Shown here one piece after another: positions 29,501 to 39,341 of a DNA stretch of 54,522 nucleotides. Every line of letters starts with the position of its first letter. The stretch's first letter is position 1. Position numbers and translations under genes: made by a program. The DNA is from a virus (Duplodnaviria; Caudoviricetes): positions 1 to 54,522 of the IMG/VR virus record IMGVR_UViG_3300020395_000014, one strand, 5' to 3'. The notes under the pieces were generated by a model. It saw nothing but the letters and a program-made list of their open reading frames with translations. It made no database searches and was not told the origin of the DNA.

Positions 29501-31665
29501 TAGAAGAGAAACATATTAATGCTGGTGGTACTGTTGGTGCTAATAAAGTTTTAGTATATGATGCTGCTGAAGCTACTAACTGGAAATGGGCAGATCAATC
29601 TGGTTCTGGGGGCGGTGCTACAGATAAGATAGAAGAAGATAATAGTTCAGTAGAAGTAGTAGATAGTGGATCTAACGGAAAGATTGCACTTACACTTGAT
29701 GGCAATGAAAGGTATCGCTTTACGGACGGTGTTTTGAGTTTTGCTAGTGGAAGTTCTATAAGGATGACTGGTATAGCAGGTGGAATTACTGCTGGTTTGC
29801 ATATGGATGGTGCTGGTACTACTGGTTCTGATGGACATGGTAGAGTAGCTATTTTTGGTAATACTGGAGATTTCAAGATATTAGATAGTACTGGTTCTGG
29901 TGACACCAATATGGCTGTCTTCACCAAAAATGATTCAGTTGATTTGTACTTTAATGGAACAAAACGTCTTGAAACAGCAAGTTCGGGAATTAATGTTGTT
30001 GGAACTACCACTACAGGACAATTAAATGTAACTGGAGTTTCTACATTTGTTGGTGGTATAAAGGATAAAGATGATAGTACAGGAACACCAGGTCAGGTAT
30101 TAACTTCTACTGCTGGAGGTCTTAAATGGGATACTGTTAGTGGTGGAAGTGGTGGTGCTAATGTAACTACTGATGATACTGCACCATCAACTCCTTCAGA
30201 TGGTGATTTATGGTGGGATTCTGTTGCAGGAGAATTAAAGATATATTATCAAGATGCTGATAGTTCACAATGGGTTGATGCTGCTGGTAGTATTCCATCA
30301 TCCACACATCCTACATTTACTAATGTTGCGACTTCATCTATTAATGTATCTGGTATGGCTACATTAGGTGATACTGGGATTGGTCATACTGTTGGTATAG
30401 GATCTACTGCTTATTTTGGTGATGGTGGAATACACCTTCAAGGAGTATTGAAGGGTAGGGAAGTTGGTAATAAAATTAGAATTTCCAGTCATATAATTCC
30501 TGAATCAAATGCACAATATGATTTGGGTAATGCTGAGTATAAGATTCGACATTTATTCTTATCGGATAATAGTATAAAGTTTGTATCTGATACCAATGTA
30601 GAGAAATCGTTAGGTGTTGATTCTAATAACTTAATGTTTGATGGTAAACAAGTTCTATCAAATGTTGTACTTACTGGACTTGATAATAATGATACTTTAA
30701 AATATAATGGTACTAATTGGGTTAATACACCAATAGCAGCAGGTTCATTTACTGGATTAACTGGTACACCTTCAACATATACTGCTGATAAGTGGTTAAA
30801 GGTTAATTCTGGTGGTACTGCTTTAGAATATACTGATGCTCCATCAGGTTCATTTACTGGATTAACTGGTACACCTTCAACATATACTGCTGATAAGTGG
30901 TTAAAGGTTAATTCTGGTGGTACTGCTTTAGAATATACTGATGCTCCAAGTGGTGGCGGTGGAAGTCCAGGTGGGTCTGCTAATCAACTCCAAATTAATG
31001 ATGGAAGTGGTTTTGCTGGTTGTAATTTACAGTATGATAGTTTTTTAAATGGTTCACTTGCATTTCATGATGATGCTGGTGTATTTGGTTCAAGAATAAC
31101 TTGCTACCATAGTAGTATTGGTGGAGGAGATAGTTCTATGCTCTTCTATGTTGGTGGTACTACTTTCACCTTCCCTTTACAGTTAAAGAATACTGGTGGC
31201 ACATCTGGTGGTAATGAAGTTTATGTTAATGGTACTCTTAGTAAAGCTGGTGGTTCGTTTAGAATACCTCATCCTGTTGCTGGTCTTACAACTACAAAGG
31301 ACTTAGTTCATTCATTTATTGAAGGTCCACAAATGGATCTTATCTATCGTGGTACTGTTGCTTTAGTTGCTGGTATTGCTACAGTTAATCTTGATACTAA
31401 GGCTGGTATGACTGAAGGTACTTTTGAAGCATTGAATAGAGATGTACAATGTTTTACATCAAATGAAACGGGATGGACTGTTGTTAAAGGATCTGTTACT
31501 GGTAATAAATTAACCATACAATCAAAAGCTACTACTTCTACAGATACTGTTTCGTGGATGGTTGTTGGTGAAAGACAAGATGCTACTATTAAAGGATTAA
31601 ATATGACAGATGCTGATGGTAATCTTATTGTAGAACCAAATCAAACTTCAACACCTACCAGCTAG
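26503..31665 (+). CDS. 1720-aa modular tail fibre
   Basis: MAINFPNSP head; LP.AT...LGG.K.G repeat; shared modules; C-terminal K..GSF.I.HP......L.HS..EGP......RG...ER.D domain. Confidence 0.85.
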   Translation: MAINFPNSPTTNETHTASGKTWKWDGTSWNLESNASNYTLPIATASALGGIKIGDRLTIDSSTGVLDADVQSGGGGISDGDKGDITVSASGATWNIDADTVGTTELSATGTADATTYLRGDNTWQLISGIGGGGGGLQNIVEDTTPQLGGTLDTNNHGINFADNVEMRLGTGNGAGGDGRIKHDGSKFLIDNPVEGTIQLGPAPNGHVEIWNNTFRLKNGDGTKTYMMTNHQNAKEISLYFDGNKTFETTSDGIQVFNGYSAGGKVSCHKLNISSDDDAGNDAWIQIGSSADLKLYHDSTDSYINNITGALKLVSPNGINIGGLTYPQVNGSTGEVLTSDGSGGISWQSSSSSGSTVKNITVTVSTAANGQASGVFYMDGVQNPPMDHIERGVTYVFDQADSSNETFNSSNHPLMFSAGDDGDHNGNGHYMTGIQYKLDGVNKTMAEYVSGFNAATDRTVTWVVPTDAPDTIYYWCHHHTNQGNSISINNAWTALPTFTELTDTPSSLTADKWLKVNAGGTALEYTNEPTDTTYSNVTTSAAGLVPILPASSTGKFFKDDGTWTDTTDTTYSQSSVADSSNVKLRLSDGTTDDDILLSAGTNVTFSNITAAGFTINSAGGGSGGGSGSGPQCPTIDTTASSSGWTYSNMVDGHNRTVSVGAAGHMDLKCIKLDNDTIYEFRAAANSGQYWGWYMSDDASIKTEGQSQDLTNNLYKVFQGGFPSGNWIANGDQAGNIVMNSGFDWTTHGATEKLTSINWGNELHFVIDMPHRKVWIKGIDHYGNQEAAWWVYTTNQTPGTPVRADSNPTFFLREDGDMASLSGDYYFNMAVFAGHFGTITIEPIPRTESVFRSIGGGISDGDKGDITVSNSGATWNIDSGTVGTTELSATGTKDATTYLRGDNTWATVSGATDTTYDLVYTEHSLGSGSGLGNDLIIKLRDSNNNDDEISIVSGPNVSFSHDTTNKKLTISSFNNGISDGDKGDISVTNTGAVWSIDNDVIEEKHINAGGTVGANKVLVYDAAEATNWKWADQSGSGGGATDKIEEDNSSVEVVDSGSNGKIALTLDGNERYRFTDGVLSFASGSSIRMTGIAGGITAGLHMDGAGTTGSDGHGRVAIFGNTGDFKILDSTGSGDTNMAVFTKNDSVDLYFNGTKRLETASSGINVVGTTTTGQLNVTGVSTFVGGIKDKDDSTGTPGQVLTSTAGGLKWDTVSGGSGGANVTTDDTAPSTPSDGDLWWDSVAGELKIYYQDADSSQWVDAAGSIPSSTHPTFTNVATSSINVSGMATLGDTGIGHTVGIGSTAYFGDGGIHLQGVLKGREVGNKIRISSHIIPESNAQYDLGNAEYKIRHLFLSDNSIKFVSDTNVEKSLGVDSNNLMFDGKQVLSNVVLTGLDNNDTLKYNGTNWVNTPIAAGSFTGLTGTPSTYTADKWLKVNSGGTALEYTDAPSGSFTGLTGTPSTYTADKWLKVNSGGTALEYTDAPSGGGGSPGGSANQLQINDGSGFAGCNLQYDSFLNGSLAFHDDAGVFGSRITCYHSSIGGGDSSMLFYVGGTTFTFPLQLKNTGGTSGGNEVYVNGTLSKAGGSFRIPHPVAGLTTTKDLVHSFIEGPQMDLIYRGTVALVAGIATVNLDTKAGMTEGTFEALNRDVQCFTSNETGWTVVKGSVTGNKLTIQSKATTSTDTVSWMVVGERQDATIKGLNMTDADGNLIVEPNQTSTPTS
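30740..30948 (+). repeat. exact tandem duplication, 105-bp period
   Basis: 30740-30843 is identical to 30845-30948. Confidence 0.95.
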
Positions 31666-31672
31666 CTAAATA
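31666..31672 (+). promoter_or_regulatory. late promoter CTAAATA
   Basis: Immediately after the stop, 30 nt before the ATG at 31703. Confidence 0.65.
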
Positions 31673-31702
31673 CAATTATAGGTAAATTTCAGTAATTAAA
31701 TA

Positions 31703-34474
31703 ATGGCTATAAATTTTCCAAACAGTCCGAGTAATGGTCAAGTACATAGTGCTTGGACAGGTGTTATTAATAAGTCTTGGAAATGGGACGGAACCAAGTG
31801 GAATATAATTGGTGGTGATGGTGGTAGTGGATTCCAATCCAGTTTTCTTTCACTTACTGATACTCCAAGTTCATTTACTGCTGATAAATGGATTAAGGTA
31901 AATGCTGCTGGAAATGCTCTTGAATTAACTAATGCTCCTTCAGGTGGTGGAGGATCTACTACATTAGATAAGATAGAAGAACTTGATAGTAAGGTAGAAA
32001 TAACTGATAGTGGAAGTAATGGTACAGTTATAACCACCATAGATGGTACAGTTGCTGCTACATTATCAGCTAATAGTGGTGTTGCAAAGTTTACTCTTGA
32101 AGGTGATGTTAATACATCAGGTTCTGGTGCAATACTTGATCTTTCTGGTGGTGGATCTAGTGTAGGAAATATAACATTCCAGAATAAAAGGACAACAAGT
32201 GGAACTAATGCTTATGAATTACCATTAGCGTATCCAACTTCTAGTGGATATGTTTTATCATCAACTACTGGTGGAGAGATGTCATGGGTTGCCAATTCAG
32301 GTGGTGGAATTACTATGGATTCATCCATAGGATCTATATTTTCAGTAAGTGGTAGTGGAGTATTTTCTGCTGGTGATCCAGAAGCAGATAAGATTCTGTT
32401 TTGGGATGATTCTGCAAGTGAATTAAGATATTTAATGATGGGTACTAACGTTACTATCAATGGAACTACTCTTGATGTTAGTGGTGGATCAGCATCTGCT
32501 GGAGGAAGTGCTAATTATATTCAATATAATGATGGTAGTAATGGATTTGCTGGTTCTTCTCTGTTTAGAATTAATACGTCTAGTGTACGATTATTAGAGT
32601 TTTGGGATTCAGGAAATTCAGGTGCAACTGCCACTGCTGCTATAGGAGTCTATTGGGAGTCTATAGCTGGAAATATACCTGAGAAAAATGAACTTTTGTT
32701 CTATGGAGCAATGTCCAATGCTTCTGGTCCTGCTTTTAGTGTTGGAACAGATTATGTACAGCTTCGTCAAAAGTTAAAAGATGGAACAGGTGCTTTTGGT
32801 ACTTCAGGACAGTTTTTAAGGGTAGATACAAACGGTAGTACTAAATGGGAAACTTATAGTGGTGGTGGAGGAGGAGGTAGTAGTCTAACCTATGATTTAC
32901 TATATGCTGAACATAGTTCATCAAGTGGTTCGGGAACTGGTAATGATGCGATTATTAGACTAAGAGATAGTAGTAGTAATGATGATGATGTTTATTTGGT
33001 TGCTGGTAGCAATGTTACATTATCTCACGATACTTCTAGTAAAAAGATTACTATTGCTGCCTCTGGTGGTAGTGGTGGCGGTGGTGCTACAGATAAGATA
33101 GAAGAAGGCAATACAAGTGTAGAATGTATTGATACGGGTACTGATGGTAATATTGTATTTAAAACAGAAGGAAGTACTACAATTGAGCTTACAACACTTA
33201 AACAGTTGAAAGTTTATGGTACTCAGACTGGAAATAATGTAGCAGGTTTCTATAATGATACTAACTATTTTGGAATATTTGCTTCATCTAATAATCTAAC
33301 TAATAGACCTATTACATTATATACTGCTTCTGGTACTGCTTCAGCAGCTTTGACAGTTGCTGCTACTGGTGAAACTCTTCTTCATGCAACAGATGACATG
33401 AATAATGAAGGTGGTCATTTACAATTTGAAAATTCACAAGGAAATCAGGATTATGCAATTGATGTTTATGGTGGAAATTCAGGTGTTGCTGGAGAGGCTG
33501 ATCATGTAATAAGAATTATTGATCAGATAACACAAACTGGAGGTACTGGTACTCAAAGATTTGCAGTTAATAGATCTGGTGCTTTCGGAATAGGTCATGT
33601 AGGATCAGTTGATTATGGAACTTCAGGTGAAGTATTAATGAGCCAAGGTGCTAATACACCACCTAAATGGGAATCTGTTTCTGGTGGCGGTGGCGGTGGA
33701 TCCGATACAACCTATGATTTAATATATGCCGAACATAGTTCATCAAGTGGTTCGGGAACTGGTAATGATGCTATTATTAGATTAAGAGATAGTGGTAACA
33801 ATGATGACGATGTTTCTTTGGTTGCTGGTAGTAATGTTACATTAACTCATGATACTTCTAATAAAAAGATTACTATTGCTGCCTCTGGTGGTGGAGGTAG
33901 TAGTCTTTCTATAGGTACAAATGTAACGGATGTTCTTTCAATAAGTGGTGGTGACATTATTGCAGATGATGCAGGTGCAGATAAATTAGTATTTTGGGAT
34001 GATTCTGCAGGTAAATTAACGTATTTAACTGTTGGTTCTAATCTTACTGTTACTGGAACTACTATTACTGCCTCTGGTAGTGGTGGAGGTGGTGGTACTT
34101 TAGCATCAAGAACTTCGATCACTATACCTACTGAAAGTTATACTGGAGGAGAAATAAAGAATAAGACCTTTACAGGATTTAAATCTTATGCTCTTTTCAA
34201 AATCCTTACAACAAGCGATGCATGGGTAAGATTATATACAGATTCAACTTCAGCAAATGCTGATGCTAATAGACTTGAAGGAACAGACCCTGCTCCAGGT
34301 TCTGGTGTTATTGCAGAAGTAATTGGTAATGGTACTTTTATGATGTCTCCTGGAGTTATTGGATTTAACGGTGAGGCGAACTACTCTACAACCATGTATG
34401 CAAAAATAAAAAATAGATCCAGTTCTTCTGCATCTATATCTGTTAGTTTCCAAGTATTACAGTTGGAGGCTTAA
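31703..34474 (+). CDS. 923-aa modular tail fibre
   Basis: MAINFPNSP head; DKIEE, ADK..FWDDS and YDL.YAEHS modules shared with neighbours; C-terminal GFKSYAL...AWVRLY.D.....D..R....DP.PGSGVIAEV domain. Confidence 0.85.
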   Translation: MAINFPNSPSNGQVHSAWTGVINKSWKWDGTKWNIIGGDGGSGFQSSFLSLTDTPSSFTADKWIKVNAAGNALELTNAPSGGGGSTTLDKIEELDSKVEITDSGSNGTVITTIDGTVAATLSANSGVAKFTLEGDVNTSGSGAILDLSGGGSSVGNITFQNKRTTSGTNAYELPLAYPTSSGYVLSSTTGGEMSWVANSGGGITMDSSIGSIFSVSGSGVFSAGDPEADKILFWDDSASELRYLMMGTNVTINGTTLDVSGGSASAGGSANYIQYNDGSNGFAGSSLFRINTSSVRLLEFWDSGNSGATATAAIGVYWESIAGNIPEKNELLFYGAMSNASGPAFSVGTDYVQLRQKLKDGTGAFGTSGQFLRVDTNGSTKWETYSGGGGGGSSLTYDLLYAEHSSSSGSGTGNDAIIRLRDSSSNDDDVYLVAGSNVTLSHDTSSKKITIAASGGSGGGGATDKIEEGNTSVECIDTGTDGNIVFKTEGSTTIELTTLKQLKVYGTQTGNNVAGFYNDTNYFGIFASSNNLTNRPITLYTASGTASAALTVAATGETLLHATDDMNNEGGHLQFENSQGNQDYAIDVYGGNSGVAGEADHVIRIIDQITQTGGTGTQRFAVNRSGAFGIGHVGSVDYGTSGEVLMSQGANTPPKWESVSGGGGGGSDTTYDLIYAEHSSSSGSGTGNDAIIRLRDSGNNDDDVSLVAGSNVTLTHDTSNKKITIAASGGGGSSLSIGTNVTDVLSISGGDIIADDAGADKLVFWDDSAGKLTYLTVGSNLTVTGTTITASGSGGGGGTLASRTSITIPTESYTGGEIKNKTFTGFKSYALFKILTTSDAWVRLYTDSTSANADANRLEGTDPAPGSGVIAEVIGNGTFMMSPGVIGFNGEANYSTTMYAKIKNRSSSSASISVSFQVLQLEA

Positions 34475-34477
34475 TAG

Positions 34478-36421
34478 ATGTCTACTAAAAAATATGTTGT
34501 TACTCTAAAAAAATATGATGATTTGGACAACTTTTATACTGAGATGGAAGCATCATCTGGTAATGCAACTGTACCAACTAGAGTTTGTAACTGTACTGAG
34601 AAAAGAGATATTAGTAGAAATACAAATTATGAATTAACTGATGAGGAAGCAGTAGAACTGAGAAAAGATTCAAGAGTATTGGCTGTTGAATTAGAACCAT
34701 CTGCTCTTGGTATATTTCCAGAACTTAATGCGAGTGGTCCATATCAGAATGAATCTAAAACTTATACTAGATTTTGGAACCAGACTGATCAAGCATCTAC
34801 TTGGAATAATACACATAAAAATTGGGGAATTGCAAGACATTTAGATGGTTCTAATATTCCACCAGATTGGGGAATGTTTAATGCTTCTGGTATAGAAAAT
34901 CAAACAAAGATTACTAATACAACAAGTTCTGGTAAAAATGTTGATATTGTGATTATGGATCATTTTATTAATTCAGATCATCCAGAATTTGCAATAAATG
35001 CTGATGGTAGTGGTGGATCTAGAGTTAATCAAATAAATTGGTTTGGGAGTGATTATGCATCTATGATGTCGGCTAATAACATGGTTACTTCTGATACGTA
35101 TAGTTATGGTTCACAGAGTTATACTATTAGTGGTACTACATGGAGTGAGGGATCTGCTGGAAGTAATCATGGAAATCATGTTGCTTCACTTGCGGCTGGA
35201 AATACTCATGGTTGGGCAAGAGATGCAAACATTTATAATATAACTTTTCAAACCAATTTATTGAAAAGAAATCATGGAAATTCTGCTATAGGTGGTTCTG
35301 CACCAGATTTTTCTTATGATTGTATAAGACACTGGCATAATAATATAAAGACAGTAAATCCAGCAACAGGTAGAAAGAATCCAACTATTATTAATATGAG
35401 TTGGGGTAATACTAACAGAATGCGTCTTAGTCAAGTGACTGGTATGGATGGTCGAACTGGATTTTCTGATATGGCTGGAAGAAGTGATTTTGAAAAAAAA
35501 GCAATACTTGAGGCTGAAGGAATATTTTGTTATTATGCCTATAGTGCTGTTGATAATGATAATGTTTGGTGGTGCGAAATGGGATTTTATACCTATTTTT
35601 TGGCAGGACCAATAGCTGATTTAGAGGACATGTTTGAGGAGGGAATAATTGTAGTTTCTGCAGCAGGTAATTATTCTACAAGAGGTACAATACAGAATGA
35701 AATAGATTATAATACTAAAGTATATGGTAAGCCCGATTGGGCAATTGGATTAACAGGATACAATGAATGGTGGGCAATGAGAGGATCTACACCTCAGAAT
35801 TTAAGAACTACTACAGGTGATGTAATTGCTGTTGGATCTGTTAGTCCTGATGAAGCAGAATATAGAGATAATTTTAGTACATATAGTAAAGCAGTTGATA
35901 TATGGGCTGTAGGAAATGGAACTGTTGGTGCTTATTATGATGATAAAGGTGATGGAGGTAGTAATAATAATGGTAATGGGGTAAATGCTCGTATTAAACA
36001 AGATCCAAGAAGTAGTAGTTTTTTTATTGGACCAATGACTGGAACAAGTATGGCATCTCCTCAAGTGGCAGGAGTAATTGCTTGTCTTTTGGAACAGGAA
36101 CCAAATTTAAAACAATCAGATGTTCTTCAACATTTAATAGAGAATGCAACAGATAATGTTGGTAATGATGGTGATATAACCAATTATGCACTCCGAAAAA
36201 AAGGACTGTTGGATTCTCCTAATAGAATGTTAAAATATGTTAAAAAAAGACCAGAAACTGGAACTGTTTATCCACATCCTAATCATAGTAATCGTAGACC
36301 AGATATAGATAGTACATCTGTAACAGGAAGGAAATATCATAGTAATGGTGGAAGTTTTACTAGTGGTGCAACTGGAGTTAAATGGCCAAGAACAAGGCAG
36401 GTAGTGACAAAACCTATTTAA
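34478..36421 (+). CDS. subtilisin-like serine protease (S8) with I9-like prodomain
   Basis: Catalytic D (VDIVIMD), H (HGNHVASLAAG), oxyanion N (AAGN) and S (GTSMASPQVAG); SD GGAGG at 34465-34469. Confidence 0.92.
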   Translation: MSTKKYVVTLKKYDDLDNFYTEMEASSGNATVPTRVCNCTEKRDISRNTNYELTDEEAVELRKDSRVLAVELEPSALGIFPELNASGPYQNESKTYTRFWNQTDQASTWNNTHKNWGIARHLDGSNIPPDWGMFNASGIENQTKITNTTSSGKNVDIVIMDHFINSDHPEFAINADGSGGSRVNQINWFGSDYASMMSANNMVTSDTYSYGSQSYTISGTTWSEGSAGSNHGNHVASLAAGNTHGWARDANIYNITFQTNLLKRNHGNSAIGGSAPDFSYDCIRHWHNNIKTVNPATGRKNPTIINMSWGNTNRMRLSQVTGMDGRTGFSDMAGRSDFEKKAILEAEGIFCYYAYSAVDNDNVWWCEMGFYTYFLAGPIADLEDMFEEGIIVVSAAGNYSTRGTIQNEIDYNTKVYGKPDWAIGLTGYNEWWAMRGSTPQNLRTTTGDVIAVGSVSPDEAEYRDNFSTYSKAVDIWAVGNGTVGAYYDDKGDGGSNNNGNGVNARIKQDPRSSSFFIGPMTGTSMASPQVAGVIACLLEQEPNLKQSDVLQHLIENATDNVGNDGDITNYALRKKGLLDSPNRMLKYVKKRPETGTVYPHPNHSNRRPDIDSTSVTGRKYHSNGGSFTSGATGVKWPRTRQVVTKPI

Positions 36422-36427
36422 TATATT

Positions 36428-38155
36428 ATGGCAGTTAAGATAAGGAAGGATGGTCAGTGGGTAACTATTAGTGGCGATGCTGCTGTTGGTCCTCCTGGTC
36501 CCGCAGCAAGTTTAAACGCAGGAACTACATCTACTGCTTCTGCTGGAACTCCTGCATCAGTTACTAATACTGGTACTGCTTCTGCTGCTGTATTTGATTT
36601 TGTTATACCAGCAGGTGCTGATTCTACAGTTCCTGGTCCTCCTGGTCCTCCAGGAACTCCAGGTAATGATGGTAATGATGGTACTGATGGTACTCCAGGA
36701 ACACCAGGATCAAATGGTACTAATGGTGTTGATGGAACACCAGGAAATAATGGAGATGATGGACCTCCTGGTCCTCCAGGACCTCCAAATGGACCTCCTG
36801 GACCTCCTGGTGGTGATGGAACACCAGGTAGTCCTGGACCTCCTGGTCCTGCTGGTGGTCCTCCTGGACCTCCTGGACCTGCTGGTGATGATGGCACTCC
36901 AGGTAATGATGGTACTCCAGGAACTGATGGAAACCCTGGTCCTCCAGGATCTGCAGGAGGTGATGGTAGTGGATGGACAGGTGGTACATATGCTTCTTCT
37001 ACAGGAAAAGTAACATTTACATCAACTGATGGTCTTGGTTTTGTAACTGGAGATTTAAGAGGTACTGATGGAAATCCTGGACCTCCAGGAACTGATGGAG
37101 ATGATGGAACTCCAGGTGCTGCAGCAACTATAGCAGCAGGACCTACAACAACTGTTGCTGCTGGAACTCCTGCATCAGTTACTAATAGTGGTACTTCTTC
37201 TGCTGCTATATTTGATTTTAGTATACCTCAAGGTTCTTCTGGACCTCCTGGTCCTCCTGGAACTGATGGTGATGATGGTACTCCAGGTACTAATGGTAAT
37301 GATGGAACCCCAGGTACTAATGGTAATGATGGAAACCCAGGATCTGATGGAAATCCAGGATCTGATGGAAACCCTGGTCCTCCAGGTCCTCCAGGTTCTG
37401 CAGGAGATGATGGTCCTCCAGGTGGTGCTGGAAACCCAGGTCCTCCAGGTCCTCCAGGAACTGCAGGAGATACTGGAATACCTACTGGTGTTATTTTAAT
37501 TTGGTCTGGTGCATCAAACGCTATCCCTTCTGGGTGGACACTTTGTGATGGTAATAATAGTACACCAAATTTAACTGATAGATTTGTACTTGGTGCAGGT
37601 AATAGTTATTCTGTTGATGCTACTGGTGGTAGTAAAGATGCTGTAGTTGTTTCTCACAATCATTCTGCTTCATCTTCATCTTCATCTTCTTTAAGTGGTA
37701 CGAATCATACACACTCATTCTCAGATTCTTTCTCTGCATCTGGATCTCATGACCATTCATTTTCAGGATCTGGATCCGATTCGCATAGTCATGGTGTTAC
37801 TGTAAGTGATTCTGGTCACCAACATTATATGCCAGCACCAGCGTATAATACTCTTTGGGGACAACAATCTTATACGTATCCTGCTTGGGGTAGTATGCAG
37901 AATATGTACAGTGGTAGTGGATCTGCTAACGTTAGTGGTAGTTCTGGAAGTGAAACCGTATCAATATCTGTATCTGGTAGTACAAGTAATGAAAGTGTAA
38001 GTATATCTGGATCTGTATCTGGTAATACAGGTAATCCTTCTGCAACTCCTTCTGTAAGTACATCTACATCTACATCTGTTGGTAGTGAAGGTGTTAGTGG
38101 AACTGATAAAAACTTGCCACCATACTATGCTTTATGTTATATTATGAAAACCTAA
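36428..38155 (+). CDS. collagen-like fibre with tail-collar domain and HxH needle tip
   Basis: Gly-X-Y repeats; IP.G.I..WSG....IP.GW.LCDG...TPNL.DRF..GA collar; five HxH motifs; [12 protein letters not shown] end. Confidence 0.88.
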   Translation: MAVKIRKDGQWVTISGDAAVGPPGPAASLNAGTTSTASAGTPASVTNTGTASAAVFDFVIPAGADSTVPGPPGPPGTPGNDGNDGTDGTPGTPGSNGTNGVDGTPGNNGDDGPPGPPGPPNGPPGPPGGDGTPGSPGPPGPAGGPPGPPGPAGDDGTPGNDGTPGTDGNPGPPGSAGGDGSGWTGGTYASSTGKVTFTSTDGLGFVTGDLRGTDGNPGPPGTDGDDGTPGAAATIAAGPTTTVAAGTPASVTNSGTSSAAIFDFSIPQGSSGPPGPPGTDGDDGTPGTNGNDGTPGTNGNDGNPGSDGNPGSDGNPGPPGPPGSAGDDGPPGGAGNPGPPGPPGTAGDTGIPTGVILIWSGASNAIPSGWTLCDGNNSTPNLTDRFVLGAGNSYSVDATGGSKDAVVVSHNHSASSSSSSSLSGTNHTHSFSDSFSASGSHDHSFSGSGSDSHSHGVTVSDSGHQHYMPAPAYNTLWGQQSYTYPAWGSMQNMYSGSGSANVSGSSGSETVSISVSGSTSNESVSISGSVSGNTGNPSATPSVSTSTSTSVGSEGVSGTDKNLPPYYALCYIMKT

Positions 38156-38157
38156 GA

Positions 38158-38164
38158 ATAAATA
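38158..38164 (+). promoter_or_regulatory. late promoter ATAAATA
   Basis: Intergenic, 21 nt before the ATG at 38186. Confidence 0.65.
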
Positions 38165-38185
38165 AGAGAGGTATAATAGTACAGA

Positions 38186-38941
38186 ATGTCGAACCATATT
38201 GATTTTCCTAATAGTCCTACTATAAATGAGACTTACCAATATGGTAGTGCTATATGGAAGTGGGATGGTGTAGTATGGAGAAGAATCGACGGTGCTGGAA
38301 ATACAGGTGCTCCTGGACCTGAAGGTCCTCCAGGACCTGGTGGATTAACTGGTCCTCCAGGTACTCCTGGAACTCCTGGTGATGATGGGGATGAAGGTCC
38401 TCCTGGTCCTCCAGGTCCTCCAAATGGACCTCCTGGACCTCCAGGTCCCGATGGAGATGATGGAACTCCTGGTAATCCTGGTCCTCCAGGAACTGGAAGT
38501 CCAGGTACTCCTGGTACTCCTGGAACTCCTGGACCTCCAGGTGAAGATGGTAATCCTGGACCTCCTGGTCCTGCTGGTGGTCCTCCTGGTCCTCCAGGAA
38601 ACCCAGGTCCTCCTGGTCCTCCCTCTCCTGGACCTCCAGGTCCTGATGGAGATGATGGAACTCCTGGTACTCCAGGTACTCCTGGACCTCCTGGTCCTGC
38701 AGGTATTGCTGGACTACAAATCAGTGAAACTCCACCAACTTCTCCTGCACCTTCAGAGGGTGATTTGTGGTGGGAAAGTGACACTGGAGCATTATATGTG
38801 TATTATAATGATGGTAATAGTGATCAATGGGTAGCAGTAGCACAAGGTCCTGCTGGATCTCCTGGTCCTCCAGGTTCTGCTGCTGGTAGTGGTGCTGGTC
38901 CATTTGAAAGTCAATGGCATATTCCAATGGGATTGCCATAA
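38186..38941 (+). CDS. short collagen-like fibre/adaptor (FPNSP head, one GDLWW domain)
   Basis: IDFPNSP...WKWDG..W; GPP repeats; [19 protein letters not shown]...QWV; ends [12 protein letters not shown]. Confidence 0.82.
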   Translation: MSNHIDFPNSPTINETYQYGSAIWKWDGVVWRRIDGAGNTGAPGPEGPPGPGGLTGPPGTPGTPGDDGDEGPPGPPGPPNGPPGPPGPDGDDGTPGNPGPPGTGSPGTPGTPGTPGPPGEDGNPGPPGPAGGPPGPPGNPGPPGPPSPGPPGPDGDDGTPGTPGTPGPPGPAGIAGLQISETPPTSPAPSEGDLWWESDTGALYVYYNDGNSDQWVAVAQGPAGSPGPPGSAAGSGAGPFESQWHIPMGLP

Positions 38942-38944
38942 ATA
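38938..38944 (+). promoter_or_regulatory. late promoter ATAAATA overlapping the upstream stop codon
   Basis: Same context as 19160. Confidence 0.7.
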
Positions 38945-38966
38945 GTAAACAGGAAATTAAAAGATT

Positions 38967-39341
38967 ATGGCAGCAACAGTATATTCAGGATCGGGTAATT
39001 GGAGTTATACCAATAGCACTGGTGAGAATGTTCGTGTGATTATTGGTATTGCTCTTGCAGCAGATAATTCTCAAGCATCGACTGTTGGTATTAAATTGAG
39101 ATTTGGATCAGCTGGATCTGGTTATATGTTTGAAGAAACTAGTGGAACTAATGATAGATTTGTAGGTTTTGGTAAACATATTACAAGTTCTGGTCAAATG
39201 ACCAGAGCTGTAGCAACTAATGGTGGAACTTTTGTAGATGAATTTTGGCTTGCAGATGGACATACTGCTAATTTAGATGCTGTTAGTGGTTCGTACCCTA
39301 TTAAATGGTACAATATAGTGGTGATACCAGAGAGTGGATAA
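38967..39341 (+). CDS. small beta-rich virion protein (paralog of 19188..19577)
   Basis: Shared N- and C-terminal motifs with the 19188 ORF. Confidence 0.75.
   Translation: MAATVYSGSGNWSYTNSTGENVRVIIGIALAADNSQASTVGIKLRFGSAGSGYMFEETSGTNDRFVGFGKHITSSGQMTRAVATNGGTFVDEFWLADGHTANLDAVSGSYPIKWYNIVVIPESG

Larger units (their letters stand above)
17181..38840 (+). repeat. dispersed DGDLWW...YY...QWV module, 9 copies
   Basis: Approx. 17181, 18258, 18420, 18822, 18981 (16794 ORF); 20407, 20551 (19615 ORF); 30160 (26503 ORF); 38720 (38186 ORF). Confidence 0.9.

Noticed and set aside
39305-39340. ORF-track start at 39305
   Set aside because: The ATG at 39341 is TAATG-coupled and gives the family N-terminus [10 protein letters not shown]
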